Assembly (NCBI GenBank): GCA_048885865.1
Contig: JBHLLF010000001.1
Coordinates: 64,001-128,000, forward strand
Length of the DNA: 64,000 bases
Source: Candidatus Hermodarchaeota archaeon
Lineage (GTDB): Archaea; Asgardarchaeota; Thorarchaeia; Thorarchaeales; Thorarchaeaceae
Reading direction: 5' to 3'
In this document: one piece after another, positions 39,861 to 49,547 of the stretch
Position numbering within the stretch: position 1 is the stretch's first letter
Layout of the letters: the number at the start of each line of letters is the position of its first letter
Made by a program: the position numbers and the translations under genes
Notes under the pieces: generated by a model
Database searches by the model: none
What the model saw: only the letters and a program-made list of their open reading frames with translations
Told to the model about the DNA's origin: nothing

Positions 39861-41387
39861 TCATCTACGCTTCAGGAATACCACAGCTACTATTACAACG
39901 ACAGCAGCACCGCCAATGCCAATGAAAAAGAACTCCATTGGCAACGCAGTTGCTTCCATCTCATCAGATGTCAGTCCGTGAGCGTAATAGATGTCAAGCT
40001 CTCCTGCCCTACCATCAGTCCAAACCACATGAGGTCTGCCCTCTGAGTCTAATCGCATTGTGAAGTAGTCACCAGGTCTTGTGAAGCTACTAGATGTACT
40101 TTGATCAGCAATTGCTATTGGATCACCAAAGACCGGGATGTCCAAGGCGGTACCAATGAACTTCACAGTACGGTAGTAGGGACGAAATGATTCATCTTGT
40201 TCATTATAATACGTGATATGGAGAAGCCCCTGTGAATCAATAGATAAGTCAGGTTGCCATTGGTTTCCATCAATTTCATGGTTGATTCTGATACGTTCAC
40301 TCCACGTGTCACCAAAGTCATCCGAATACCGTAGGAAGATGTCAAATTCATCTTGGTCGGGATATGTATCCGCCCAGAGGAAAAACAATCGTCCATCCTG
40401 ATTGAAACGAGCCACTGGAAGTGTTGACTTTGCATGATGATCATTACTGAATGTTAAAGCACTGAAATTGCCATCAGTGTCCACAGTGATATAGTCAGAG
40501 AACGAGTTACCTTGATTCATACTTCTGGCTCCATAGACCGTTCCGAAGAGGTCTATCTGCTCCGGATCCATTCGTAGACCATAATACAGCAAAGCCACAA
40601 AGATGTCGCCATTACTATCCAAGGTGATGTAAGGGCCACCATGCGGCGAATCAGGCGCACCTATGATTGACACATCATTGAAAGTAGCTCCTCCATCAAT
40701 GGACCTAGAGATACGCATTGTAGGGCAATCCAGTTCAGTTTCCATAAATCTAGTCCAGTTTATGTCATCATATGCCACGTAAATGGTCCCATCAGCACCT
40801 ATTGTCATTGTTTCCTTGTCTGCGAATTGGTCATTACTAGATGATGTGGAAGGAGAAGCTGATACTGAGGACCATGAGTTGCCACCGTCATTACTTCTTG
40901 AAACAGTTATCTGAGAGATGTTTGTCGTTCTTGACTGATCGCTCCAGTTATGCTCCACGTAGGCGTAGTAGATAGTGTCATTATGCCACACTAGCCATGG
41001 GTCCGATTGCCGAGTGAAAGAATAGCCATACATTGGCATGTCCAGTGGCTCAGTCCATGTGGACCCTCCATCGTTTGACCTCGAGAAGCTCACACGGGCA
41101 CCACCGCCATAGTCGGTTTCCGCATTCTTCCATCCCGCAAACAGAACTCCATTGTCACTCACTGCAATAGTAGGCTCAACATGCTGAAGCCATGGAAAAT
41201 CTGAAGTTGAGATTAGTTTGTTAGTAGAGAAACCTGCAACCTCGAGAGTTCCTCCTTGTGCTGGAACGTGTTTCTTCCCATCAGGGTGGAGAAGTAGAGT
41301 GTCATTGAATAATACAACCGGCATTACGGAGTAGGAGAGAAGAATCAGCATAACGACGAGATTAGTGGCTTTCCCAGACTGTTTCAT
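39861..41387 (-). CDS. Secreted BNR/Asp-box (sialidase-like) beta-propeller protein with C-terminal TM anchor
   Basis: SNDGGSTW, SNDGGNSW, SIDGGATF, SDDFGDTW Asp boxes. Confidence 0.87.
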   Translation of the reverse strand: MKQSGKATNLVVMLILLSYSVMPVVLFNDTLLLHPDGKKHVPAQGGTLEVAGFSTNKLISTSDFPWLQHVEPTIAVSDNGVLFAGWKNAETDYGGGARVSFSRSNDGGSTWTEPLDMPMYGYSFTRQSDPWLVWHNDTIYYAYVEHNWSDQSRTTNISQITVSRSNDGGNSWSSVSASPSTSSSNDQFADKETMTIGADGTIYVAYDDINWTRFMETELDCPTMRISRSIDGGATFNDVSIIGAPDSPHGGPYITLDSNGDIFVALLYYGLRMDPEQIDLFGTVYGARSMNQGNSFSDYITVDTDGNFSALTFSNDHHAKSTLPVARFNQDGRLFFLWADTYPDQDEFDIFLRYSDDFGDTWSERIRINHEIDGNQWQPDLSIDSQGLLHITYYNEQDESFRPYYRTVKFIGTALDIPVFGDPIAIADQSTSSSFTRPGDYFTMRLDSEGRPHVVWTDGRAGELDIYYAHGLTSDEMEATALPMEFFFIGIGGAAVVVIVAVVFLKRR

Positions 41388-41403
41388 TGATTGGCATACT
41401 CCC

Positions 41404-41527
41404 AATAGTGTTGATATGCAAGAAATCAATACAATCTCTCAGACCAACTGAGAGGATCTTGAAACCGTGTCACGGATATGACAACACTGTGAACCAGAGT
41501 ATGTCCGGAGCTTCGACAAAAGGTCTC
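41404..41527. repeat. Copy B of the 124-bp structured non-coding module
   Basis: See copy A; offset 1974 bp. Confidence 0.9.
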
Positions 41528-41666
41528 CGGAGTTTCTATTTATTCTTGAATGACTTCATAAATTGTAAGAATGATGGAGATGGCGTAGGATGGAACTTTT
41601 ACATCGCCAGAATTATACTGGTTGAATGAAAGCGCTTATGAGAATCAGTTGAATCATCCAAAATTG

Positions 41667-42890
41667 ATGATAGCAAATTCCTCGACCCTCAGAGGACTGA
41701 CGGTGGCAGTGCTTGGATTCAATGCAAGACCAATTGCGTGCTCAGCAACGAGAGCTGGAGCCAGAGTCATTGTATCTGATTATTGGGGTGATGAGGACCT
41801 AGAATCTTGTGCATCAAAATGGAATTCCATTCTAAAAGCCATACCGGGAAAGAGACAAAGAACGCCTTTAGAAAAGCGAGTTCATATTAGCTTGGTTGAA
41901 AACCTGTTGGAATCTATTGATGATGAGGAAATCGACCATGTCTTTGTTGGGAGTGGTTTTGATGATAATACTCAATCACTAGCGCATTTGGAAAAGAGAG
42001 CGCCGATTACAGGCAATTCGATAGTGCAGATGCAAAGAGCGCGAAATAGGTCCGCAGTCGGAAAACTAGCTGAGAGTTTCGGATTACAAGTGCCTCTTAG
42101 CTTCGTTTCGAAAACATTGGATGAAGTATATGCTAGATGCGATGAAGTTGGTTATCCGTGTGTAATTCGTCCTCCCTCATCAGGGGGTGGAACTGGAATC
42201 TCCCTAGTTTCAGATCCCAGCCAAGTAGAGGCAGCATGCTGGAGGCTAGAAGCTGATATAGAGAATCCCGAGGTGATTGTCCAGCAATATATCCCTGGCG
42301 TTGACGGGTCTACAAGCATTCTGTCAACAGGCAACGAGGCATCTGTTCTTTCGATTCAGGGCCAGCTGATTGGTATGCCATCTGCTGGGAGGAATTGTGA
42401 TTTTGTCTATTCTGGCAACTATATGCCTCTTCGTCTTCCCAAGAGAGCGAAACAGCTGATCACCGAAAGCAGTGCATCTCTCTGCACAGATCTCGGACTC
42501 ATGGGCACAAATGGGATTGATTTCCTCGTAGATACTAAGGGGAAATTATGGTTTCTTGAAGTCAATCCGCGGTTTCAAGGTTCTTTAGAAATGCTTGAGC
42601 GAGGAGGACACATTTCCATAACTGAATTACACACTGATGCATGTAATGGCATCCTGCCGTCAGAGCCGCCTTCGTTCATACCATCCACGAAACTTGTGAT
42701 TTTCGCCCGGCGAAGTGGAAAGGTCCCTGCTTTGAGTAATTTCAGCAATACTGTGGATCGCACGCCTCAAGGCGTACTCGTAGACAAAGGTGATCCGGTG
42801 TGTACAGTCTTAGAGACCTCATCCATTCTCCACGATTGCTATGATCGGGCTCTCTCAACCTCGAACGCAATTCAAAGAAAAATCGAGTAA
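41667..42890 (+). CDS. ATP-grasp carboligase (archaeal type)
   Basis: SGGGTG, QQYIPG, GIDF, LEVNPRFQG. Confidence 0.85.
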   Translation: MIANSSTLRGLTVAVLGFNARPIACSATRAGARVIVSDYWGDEDLESCASKWNSILKAIPGKRQRTPLEKRVHISLVENLLESIDDEEIDHVFVGSGFDDNTQSLAHLEKRAPITGNSIVQMQRARNRSAVGKLAESFGLQVPLSFVSKTLDEVYARCDEVGYPCVIRPPSSGGGTGISLVSDPSQVEAACWRLEADIENPEVIVQQYIPGVDGSTSILSTGNEASVLSIQGQLIGMPSAGRNCDFVYSGNYMPLRLPKRAKQLITESSASLCTDLGLMGTNGIDFLVDTKGKLWFLEVNPRFQGSLEMLERGGHISITELHTDACNGILPSEPPSFIPSTKLVIFARRSGKVPALSNFSNTVDRTPQGVLVDKGDPVCTVLETSSILHDCYDRALSTSNAIQRKIE

Positions 42891-42986
42891 TCTGACTATG
42901 ATGAACTCCCAGAAGGAGATTCAGCAAATGTATATCTGGACTAATGCACATTGGATACTTTGTAGAGGAGCCAGAAGGTTAGCCCC

Positions 42987-44054
42987 ATGAAAGTATGTCC
43001 GAAGTGCAACAAATCAAATTTGCCTACGCGGAAGTATTGTATTCGTTGTGCCGCGTCTCTAATAGAACCCCCAAAGAAACGCGCAGTCGTTGATGATGCT
43101 CCCAAACCTGAAGTTCCCGAGATCGGTCACGTGACCACAGGGGCAGACATGGCTCGACAAGCAACTGAGTCAGCAGCTCCTCCTCCGACAACGAACGACA
43201 AATGGGTTAAGCCAAGTGAAGTTTCTCGTGATCGAGTACGTACAGCGTCAAAGGGACGTGGAAAGACTGAGCTGGAAAAGGCACGTGAGGCCTTTGCTAG
43301 AGCTGAGGATGTAGGAATAGATGAAGATGGTACCGGGGTGATTGAGACTCGCATGCTTCGCGCGAGCGAGGTTAGAGAACTCCTTGAAGCCACTCAGGCA
43401 GTTGCAGATGCCCCTGCTCCAATGATGATGGAGGGCTCCGAAACCCTGACTCCTGAAGAAATGGAACTAATGCAGCCTACAATGCCAAAAGCTGAGGCGC
43501 TTGAGGAGCAGATTCTCGGAACTCATTCTGCTTTCGTTTCCTCAGAAGCATCAGATAGGCCAACACCTGAGAAGTCTCTAGACAGCGATGTTTCCGAAGG
43601 GTTTAGTTCCTCTAGATATGAAGAGGAAGATGGAGAGCTTGATTTTAGACTGCCTGAACAAATGCCCACAGTGACTGCAGAAACATTGGCGCCCACACCC
43701 GCTCCAGCCACGGCTCCACCCACTCCTGCTCCAACACCAACACCCACTCCTGAATCAACACAGGCTGAGCCGACAACTGCTGTTTCCTCGGGAGAAGAGG
43801 AGATTGACTTTGTCACCGTCTGCCATAAATGCGGTGAGCCGACGAATATCGACCAGTTCGAGTATCCATTTGAGGTCTATAGTGCCATGGGTGCTGCACG
43901 ACTGAAGCAGGCTCGATTCTATGTCGTGCAAGGTAAGCCGGACCAAGCAAAGGAGGCTCTTAGGATAGCAAGGGCACTCTACAAGAAGGCTAATGATGAA
44001 ACCGGACTGCATGAAACCAAGAAGCTCATTGATTCTCTTGCAAGAGAGGGTTAA
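42987..44054 (+). CDS. Zinc-ribbon protein with long disordered Pro/Thr-rich linker and C-terminal helical (TPR-like) segment
   Basis: CPKC...CIRC, APTPAPATAPPTPAPTPTPTP, CHKC. Confidence 0.75.
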   Translation: MKVCPKCNKSNLPTRKYCIRCAASLIEPPKKRAVVDDAPKPEVPEIGHVTTGADMARQATESAAPPPTTNDKWVKPSEVSRDRVRTASKGRGKTELEKAREAFARAEDVGIDEDGTGVIETRMLRASEVRELLEATQAVADAPAPMMMEGSETLTPEEMELMQPTMPKAEALEEQILGTHSAFVSSEASDRPTPEKSLDSDVSEGFSSSRYEEEDGELDFRLPEQMPTVTAETLAPTPAPATAPPTPAPTPTPTPESTQAEPTTAVSSGEEEIDFVTVCHKCGEPTNIDQFEYPFEVYSAMGAARLKQARFYVVQGKPDQAKEALRIARALYKKANDETGLHETKKLIDSLAREG

Positions 44055-44896
44055 GCTTCCAACCAGAGCTTCGTGAACTTGTTCCGTTCATCAACGAATT
44101 TTCCTGGGTCCTTACACATCATGAGAAATCTTCCAGAGTAGCCTCTCTCTTTCAATTCTCTGAATATTGGCTGGAACTCTATCGCTCCTTCTCCAATAGG
44201 GAGGTGCTCATCATATTCTCTGGCAATGACCAAGAGCTCTTCGTGAGGGACTTCTCTTTTGAGTCTAAGGTCTCTGACCCTACTCACCATGCGCGCACCA
44301 TGATTGTCGTGCACATTCACTACCGCAATGTGGTCATAGAATGACTGAATCACATCCAGTGCTCGATTCCTAGTGGCCATGATTTGTCCATGCCCTATAT
44401 CAAGTGCAATCTTCATGTCCGGGCATCTCTCAAACAATAGCGTCAGTTCGGTATAATAGAGGCCAAGAGTTTCTATAGCAAGCTGAATCCCGCTCTCCTT
44501 TGCGGCATCACATAAGAGCGGTACCCACTCCAGAAATGCATCAATATCATCATCGCTGTAGAAAAGAGTGGATAATGCAGAATGAGTGGTTACTAGCTCG
44601 GCACCAACTTCAGCGCTAACATCGATATAGGGCATTATCTCACTGGGAAAATCCATAGGTCTCCAACAGGGGTCGCTTGGAAGATGCAGAGTCGGCACAA
44701 CACCTGCCTCCTCAAGAATTCCTCTTGCCTCTCTGAAGTTCAGACTGTAGTTCAAGTCCATTCGCAGATCAATGAAATCAGGATTGTGAGAGATTCCACT
44801 CTTCATCTGATCTATGTGCCTAGCGAAAGTGCCAATTTCCATGGAAGTCCACACAATCGATTCAAAGCGGCTGGCTTTTGTTAGTTTTGGTTCCAC
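44051..44896 (-). CDS. Sugar-phosphate isomerase/epimerase-like TIM barrel (AP endonuclease 2 fold)
   Basis: LAIET, LDIGH, VHDN, HLPIGEG; start may be ATG 44842. Confidence 0.82.
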   Translation of the reverse strand: MEPKLTKASRFESIVWTSMEIGTFARHIDQMKSGISHNPDFIDLRMDLNYSLNFREARGILEEAGVVPTLHLPSDPCWRPMDFPSEIMPYIDVSAEVGAELVTTHSALSTLFYSDDDIDAFLEWVPLLCDAAKESGIQLAIETLGLYYTELTLLFERCPDMKIALDIGHGQIMATRNRALDVIQSFYDHIAVVNVHDNHGARMVSRVRDLRLKREVPHEELLVIAREYDEHLPIGEGAIEFQPIFRELKERGYSGRFLMMCKDPGKFVDERNKFTKLWLEA

Positions 44897-45031
44897 GGTT
44901 TGAAAAGTCTTCTACAAGACAAATCAGTCATATTTATTGCTAGGGAAGCATAATCCCATCGGGCTGCGTAAGCATTATATGACTCAATGAAGTCGTTTCG
45001 TAAATAGGCCTAGCCGTGGAGCGTAACAGAC

Positions 45032-45568
45032 CTGCCTGACAATATCTCATACCTGTTTAAGCTGGTTTTTCTTGGGGAAGGAGCAGTGGGCAAAACAAGT
45101 CTAGTCGGCAGATATGTGTACGATTCATTTGAGGGCGATTATCTGGCGACCATTGGCACAGACATTCATGTCAAGACCGTTCAGGTTGACGAAACCTTGG
45201 TCAAATTAGTTGTCTGGGACATAGCTGGTCAGGATGATTTCGCTCAGCTTAGAAAGGCCTACTACCAGAACGCGTCAGGGTCCTTTTTTGTCTTCGACTC
45301 CACTCGTCCAGAAACACTCGAGAGAATCGGGGAATGGGTTGAAGCATTATATGGCGTGACGAAGAAGATACCCTTGGTGTTGGTCGAGAACAAGATTGAC
45401 CTACAGAGCAAGATTGACCCAGCAGAAATTGAAAAGATAGTCAAGAAATATGGCTTTACACATGTGCGCACGAGTGCGAAAGAGGACACGAATGTCGAAG
45501 AGGCATTCATACAAATGACACGGGAGATTCTCGAGAAGACAAAGGCTAAGGGACCAGCTTCATTATGA
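45032..45568 (+). CDS. Rab-like small GTPase (probable CTG start)
   Basis: YLFKLVFLGEGAVGKTS, TIG, WDIAGQ, ENKID, TSAK; in-frame TAG at 45011 and no ATG/GTG/TTG before the P-loop. Confidence 0.88.
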   Translation: MPDNISYLFKLVFLGEGAVGKTSLVGRYVYDSFEGDYLATIGTDIHVKTVQVDETLVKLVVWDIAGQDDFAQLRKAYYQNASGSFFVFDSTRPETLERIGEWVEALYGVTKKIPLVLVENKIDLQSKIDPAEIEKIVKKYGFTHVRTSAKEDTNVEEAFIQMTREILEKTKAKGPASL

Positions 45569-45629
45569 CACTGTACGCATGCGGAAAGTTAACATATGGA
45601 AAATTCAGTATTCATCGGGGAGTGCCAGA

Positions 45630-46142
45630 GTGAGTGAACCTGACTTTGTCTACAAAATTGTGTTCCTTGGGGAATCTGGAGTCGGAAAGACATCTCTAGT
45701 TCAGAGATTCGTTTATGACAGTCTAAGTCCAGAGATGGCTCAGACGATTGGAGCCGTTCTACATGTGAAGACTATTACACTCGATGACACGAACTACAAA
45801 TTGATAGTGTGGGACCTCGGTGGCCAAGAGTCCTTCAAGCAATTGCGTGTGCAATTTTGTACGAATGCGAGTGGAGCATTTTTTGTATTTGACCGTGGTC
45901 GACCAGAAACACTTGGAACAATTGATACCTGGCTTGAGTCGCTATATTCCTCTGCAGGGAAGGTCCCAACAACGGTGGTTGAGAACAAGATTGACCTCGA
46001 ACCAGTATTTAACCAAAAAGCTATCCAGTCTGAGATTGACAAACGTGGCCTGAAACTTATGCAGACAAGCGCTACTGAAAGTCTAAATGTAGACCAGACT
46101 TTTGAGGACCTTGTGCGAACTATCCGTGCGGCAAAATCCTAG
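45630..46142 (+). CDS. Rab-like small GTPase
   Basis: VYKIVFLGESGVGKTS, TIG, WDLGGQ, ENKID, TSA; GTG start after GGGGAG. Confidence 0.88.
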   Translation: MSEPDFVYKIVFLGESGVGKTSLVQRFVYDSLSPEMAQTIGAVLHVKTITLDDTNYKLIVWDLGGQESFKQLRVQFCTNASGAFFVFDRGRPETLGTIDTWLESLYSSAGKVPTTVVENKIDLEPVFNQKAIQSEIDKRGLKLMQTSATESLNVDQTFEDLVRTIRAAKS

Positions 46143-46834
46143 TGTGGAGCATCCGGTGCACTGCCTTTGTAAGCTAAACCCAGCTTCTTCTTTTCTCCCG
46201 TTACCATATACACAGCGCGCTCTGCAATTGCAAAAGCTTGATCCGCTGCCCTCTCGCAGTACCGACCAACGATTACATAGAACATCGCCATTGTTGTGAT
46301 GTCCTTTCTTTTTCTGAGATATTCAGCAATCTCCTCAAACATTTCAGAGGTTTCCCGATCACTATCGGCCTCCATTTTCTCCAGGTCATCGATGCCTGAG
46401 AGGTCATTCTCTAGGACTCCCTTCATCGCAATCTCAAGCGTCTTATTCGCCAAATCCGCCAAATAGGGCAGCGATTCAAGCTCTTTGAAGTGCTCGATAC
46501 CCTCACATAGGTTGACTATATGAGCAATCTTGTAGGCGTATCTGCCAACTCGATGCAGATGATGTGCTACCTGCAAGTATGTGGCGAGCCTCCTAAGATC
46601 CGATGCAACTGGTTGCCTTCTAGCAATGGTTTCGAATACCTTGGCTTCTACTTTCGCAGAGAGCTCTTCTATCTTCTTTGAGTTCTCCTTTACCTCCGAT
46701 GCCATCTCTTGATCAAGATATTCAAAGGCTTTCATTGACTGCATGAATGCTCCTGTTGAAAGCTCATGTAGCTCCTTTAGACGATTGCCAATTTCTTCAA
46801 TGTGAATCTCAAGTTGTGTCCGCATAGCGCTCAC
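46139..46834 (-). CDS. phoU: Phosphate signalling/uptake regulator PhoU
   Basis: QPVASDLR, RY.ER.AD, AERAVYMVTG. Confidence 0.9.
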   Translation of the reverse strand: MSAMRTQLEIHIEEIGNRLKELHELSTGAFMQSMKAFEYLDQEMASEVKENSKKIEELSAKVEAKVFETIARRQPVASDLRRLATYLQVAHHLHRVGRYAYKIAHIVNLCEGIEHFKELESLPYLADLANKTLEIAMKGVLENDLSGIDDLEKMEADSDRETSEMFEEIAEYLRKRKDITTMAMFYVIVGRYCERAADQAFAIAERAVYMVTGEKKKLGLAYKGSAPDAPH

Positions 46835-47608
46835 CTATCCTATTCTCCCAGTGATAAATGCCTCCGTTCGTTCGTCGCCAGGAGCTTCAGCAATTCTTTT
46901 TGTCTTATCAAATTCAACCAGCTCCCCTAGGTAGAGAAATGCCGCTTGGTCTGAAACTCTGAATGCCTGCTGAACATTATGAGTGACAATTATGATAGTG
47001 TAGTCTTTCTTTAGCTCTATAATCAGATCCTCTATCTTTCCCGCACTTATTGGATCAAGTGCCGATACAGGTTCATCCATCAACAGCACTGGAGGATCAA
47101 CCGAGAGGGCTCTGGCTATACATAGGCGCTGTTGTTGACCTCCGGAGAGATTCGGAGCTGGCTCATCAAGACTGTCCTTGACCTCATCCCATAGGGCGGC
47201 TTTCTTCAGTGATTGCTCCACCATCCTTTCCAGCTCATTCTCATCTTTCATTCCGTGAAGCTTGGGACCAAAGGTTATGTTTTCGCGCACACTCATAGGG
47301 AATGGATTAGGACGTTGAAAGACCATTCCGACGCGTCGCCTCAGTTCATAGACATCAGAATTGGGGGCATAGATGTTTGCGCCTTCGAGAAGCACCTCGC
47401 CGCTCATCCTGAAGCTTCCAATTGTGTCATTCAATCGATTGAGACTTCGCAGGAGAGTCGACTTTCCACATCCACTGGGTCCCATTACTGCAGTCACTGA
47501 GTTGTCCTCGAAGTAACAGCTTATCTCTTTCAGAATCTTCTTCCTCCCAAACCAAGTTGTGAGGTTTCTGACTTCCATCTTGTATTGATGTGACATTGGT
47601 TTAGACAA
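46835..47608 (-). CDS. pstB: Phosphate ABC transporter ATPase
   Basis: GPSGCGKST, VGMVFQRPNPFPMS, LSGGQQQRLCIAR. Confidence 0.95.
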   Translation of the reverse strand: MSKPMSHQYKMEVRNLTTWFGRKKILKEISCYFEDNSVTAVMGPSGCGKSTLLRSLNRLNDTIGSFRMSGEVLLEGANIYAPNSDVYELRRRVGMVFQRPNPFPMSVRENITFGPKLHGMKDENELERMVEQSLKKAALWDEVKDSLDEPAPNLSGGQQQRLCIARALSVDPPVLLMDEPVSALDPISAGKIEDLIIELKKDYTIIIVTHNVQQAFRVSDQAAFLYLGELVEFDKTKRIAEAPGDERTEAFITGRIG

Positions 47609-48578
47609 TCCTCCGTGTCAGTTTCCTGAGAATGATATTCGCAATGATGTCAACTGCCAGAACCATTAGAAGAAGTACAACCGCAGCTCCATGAGCTTTG
47701 GCCTTCAGGTACTCCCTGGGATCAGTAATGTAGGACCAGACCGTGTAGGGAAGAGAGGCGACCCATGAACCTCCACCAGTAATGCTTGTTGGAACGCCGA
47801 GGGTGTTTCCAGCTGTGAAAATAAGCGGAGCGGTTTCTCCCATCACCCTTCCAACAGCTAGGAGTATTCCTGTTATGATTCCTGGAATAGCCGCGCGAAT
47901 TGTAACATTCCAGGTTGTTGTCCATTTTGTCGCACCCAATGCCAAGGATGCTTCTCTTAGTGCCATAGGAACTTGCTTGAGTGCTTCTTGAGTAGTACGC
48001 AACACAGTAGGTATCATCATAAAAGCCAAGGTGAAACCTCCAGCTATCAAGCCCATTCCAATATGAAGGAAATCTACAATAAACGCAAATCCAAATGCTC
48101 CGAAGACAATCGAAGGAATACCAGCTAGAACATCCGCTGCGAACTCGACGATACTGGTGACTCTCCCAGGTCTTGCATACTCTGTGATGTAAATTGCCCC
48201 TAGGACACTAAGGGGAATTCCCACCATGCAGGCTACAACCATCAGCAGGATTGTTCCTGCAATGGCATTTCTGATTCCGCCCTCCAATCCCGGCCCGGGA
48301 AAGGTGCCAAAGAATTCTAGGCCTTGCCCAGGGCCTGATCCAAAGACTTCAGGAATTCCAACAGAAAGAACTTGGATAAGTACTAGGAAGAATGGAGATA
48401 CAATGATTAGGACGCAGATTCCTAGCAATATCTTGAATGTGAAGTCCGAGAATGTTCTTCTTGAACTCATCTGCATCTTGAGATAGCGTGATAACTGCGT
48501 GATTCTGCTATAAGGAATGGGGGCTGTTCCATTGTCTTCGTATTGCTGCTCTTCTGAGATAGGCCTTTGCTCACTCAT
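47601..48578 (-). CDS. pstA: Phosphate ABC transporter permease
   Basis: LAGIPSIVFG, REASLALGAT, GETAPL. Confidence 0.92.
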   Translation of the reverse strand: MSEQRPISEEQQYEDNGTAPIPYSRITQLSRYLKMQMSSRRTFSDFTFKILLGICVLIIVSPFFLVLIQVLSVGIPEVFGSGPGQGLEFFGTFPGPGLEGGIRNAIAGTILLMVVACMVGIPLSVLGAIYITEYARPGRVTSIVEFAADVLAGIPSIVFGAFGFAFIVDFLHIGMGLIAGGFTLAFMMIPTVLRTTQEALKQVPMALREASLALGATKWTTTWNVTIRAAIPGIITGILLAVGRVMGETAPLIFTAGNTLGVPTSITGGGSWVASLPYTVWSYITDPREYLKAKAHGAAVVLLLMVLAVDIIANIILRKLTRRIV

Positions 48579-48579
48579 A

Positions 48580-49533
48580 TCAACTCATCCCCCTTGTTTT
48601 CATTCCCCAGCGAATGAATAGCTTCGCCATTATTGTGAATGAGATTGACATCAACATCAGGACAAGTGCAACTGCAAATAGAGCTGATCGCCAGAGTGGA
48701 AAGACAAATGCATAGCCCAACTGGTTTGTGATAATGGAGGTCATTACATAGGTGGGATCAAACAGGGAGAATGGTATTTGCAGAGCATTGCCTGTCACCA
48801 TAAGAACCGCCATTGTTTCACCCACTGCCCTTCCAAGCGACAACACAATTGCTGCTCCAATCCCCGGCATTGCCGCTCCCATGACGACCTTCCTCGCTGT
48901 TTCAGTGCTCGTTGCGCCCAGAGCAAGAGATGCCTCTCGGAGTGTCATTGGCACAGACCGAAGTGCATCATCAGAGACTGTTACTATTGTGGGAAGAAGC
49001 ATAATCGCCAGAATGATTCCTCCTGCTAGTAGGCTAAGACCATTTGATTCAATCCCAAATGCAGGTGCCAGTACTGACGCTATCCAAGGCACAATCACGA
49101 GATACGCCCAAAGGCCATAGACTATCGATGGGATTGCTGCCATCATTTCAATTACCATTCTAATTGGTCCCCTGAGCCGATGAGGACAGAACTCACTCAG
49201 GAAAAGCGCACCAGCCATTCCTAGCGGAACTGCAATCCCTATTGCAAGTAGTGTACACATGAAGGAGCCAGCTATGAAGATAGCTATGCCATAGAGATCT
49301 CGATTTGGGTCCCAAGTAGGATTGACAATGATTCCTATGCCTCCCTCTGGACTGGCAAAGATTAGAGCAGACTCATACCAGAGAAATGTCAAAATGAGGA
49401 CTATGACTGCCGAGCTAGCAAATGCTGGCACCAATAGGCCAAATCTACCAATCAAATCAATTCTTGCTGAACCCCTTGCTGTCTTGATCTCGTGGATGAT
49501 ATGTGAGATATTTTCCTTAATTTGCTGGCTCAT
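48580..49533 (-). CDS. pstC: Phosphate ABC transporter permease
   Basis: AAIPSIVYGLW, GRAVGETMAV. Confidence 0.93.
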   Translation of the reverse strand: MSQQIKENISHIIHEIKTARGSARIDLIGRFGLLVPAFASSAVIVLILTFLWYESALIFASPEGGIGIIVNPTWDPNRDLYGIAIFIAGSFMCTLLAIGIAVPLGMAGALFLSEFCPHRLRGPIRMVIEMMAAIPSIVYGLWAYLVIVPWIASVLAPAFGIESNGLSLLAGGIILAIMLLPTIVTVSDDALRSVPMTLREASLALGATSTETARKVVMGAAMPGIGAAIVLSLGRAVGETMAVLMVTGNALQIPFSLFDPTYVMTSIITNQLGYAFVFPLWRSALFAVALVLMLMSISFTIMAKLFIRWGMKTRGMS

Positions 49534-49547
49534 ATATCAACCACCTC

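Noticed and set aside
39430-41527. 124-bp repeats as integron attC sites, CRISPR repeats or glycine/TPP riboswitches
   Set aside because: GTT precedes AAC on both strands (attC has the reverse order); only two long copies with no spacers or cas genes; only the CTCTCAGG/CTGAGA words match and the other riboswitch cores are missing
44987-45013. Pyrrolysine read-through from in-frame ATG 44987 into the GTPase
   Set aside because: It needs two TAG read-throughs and the ATG lies upstream of the TSS predicted from the TATA at ~44975
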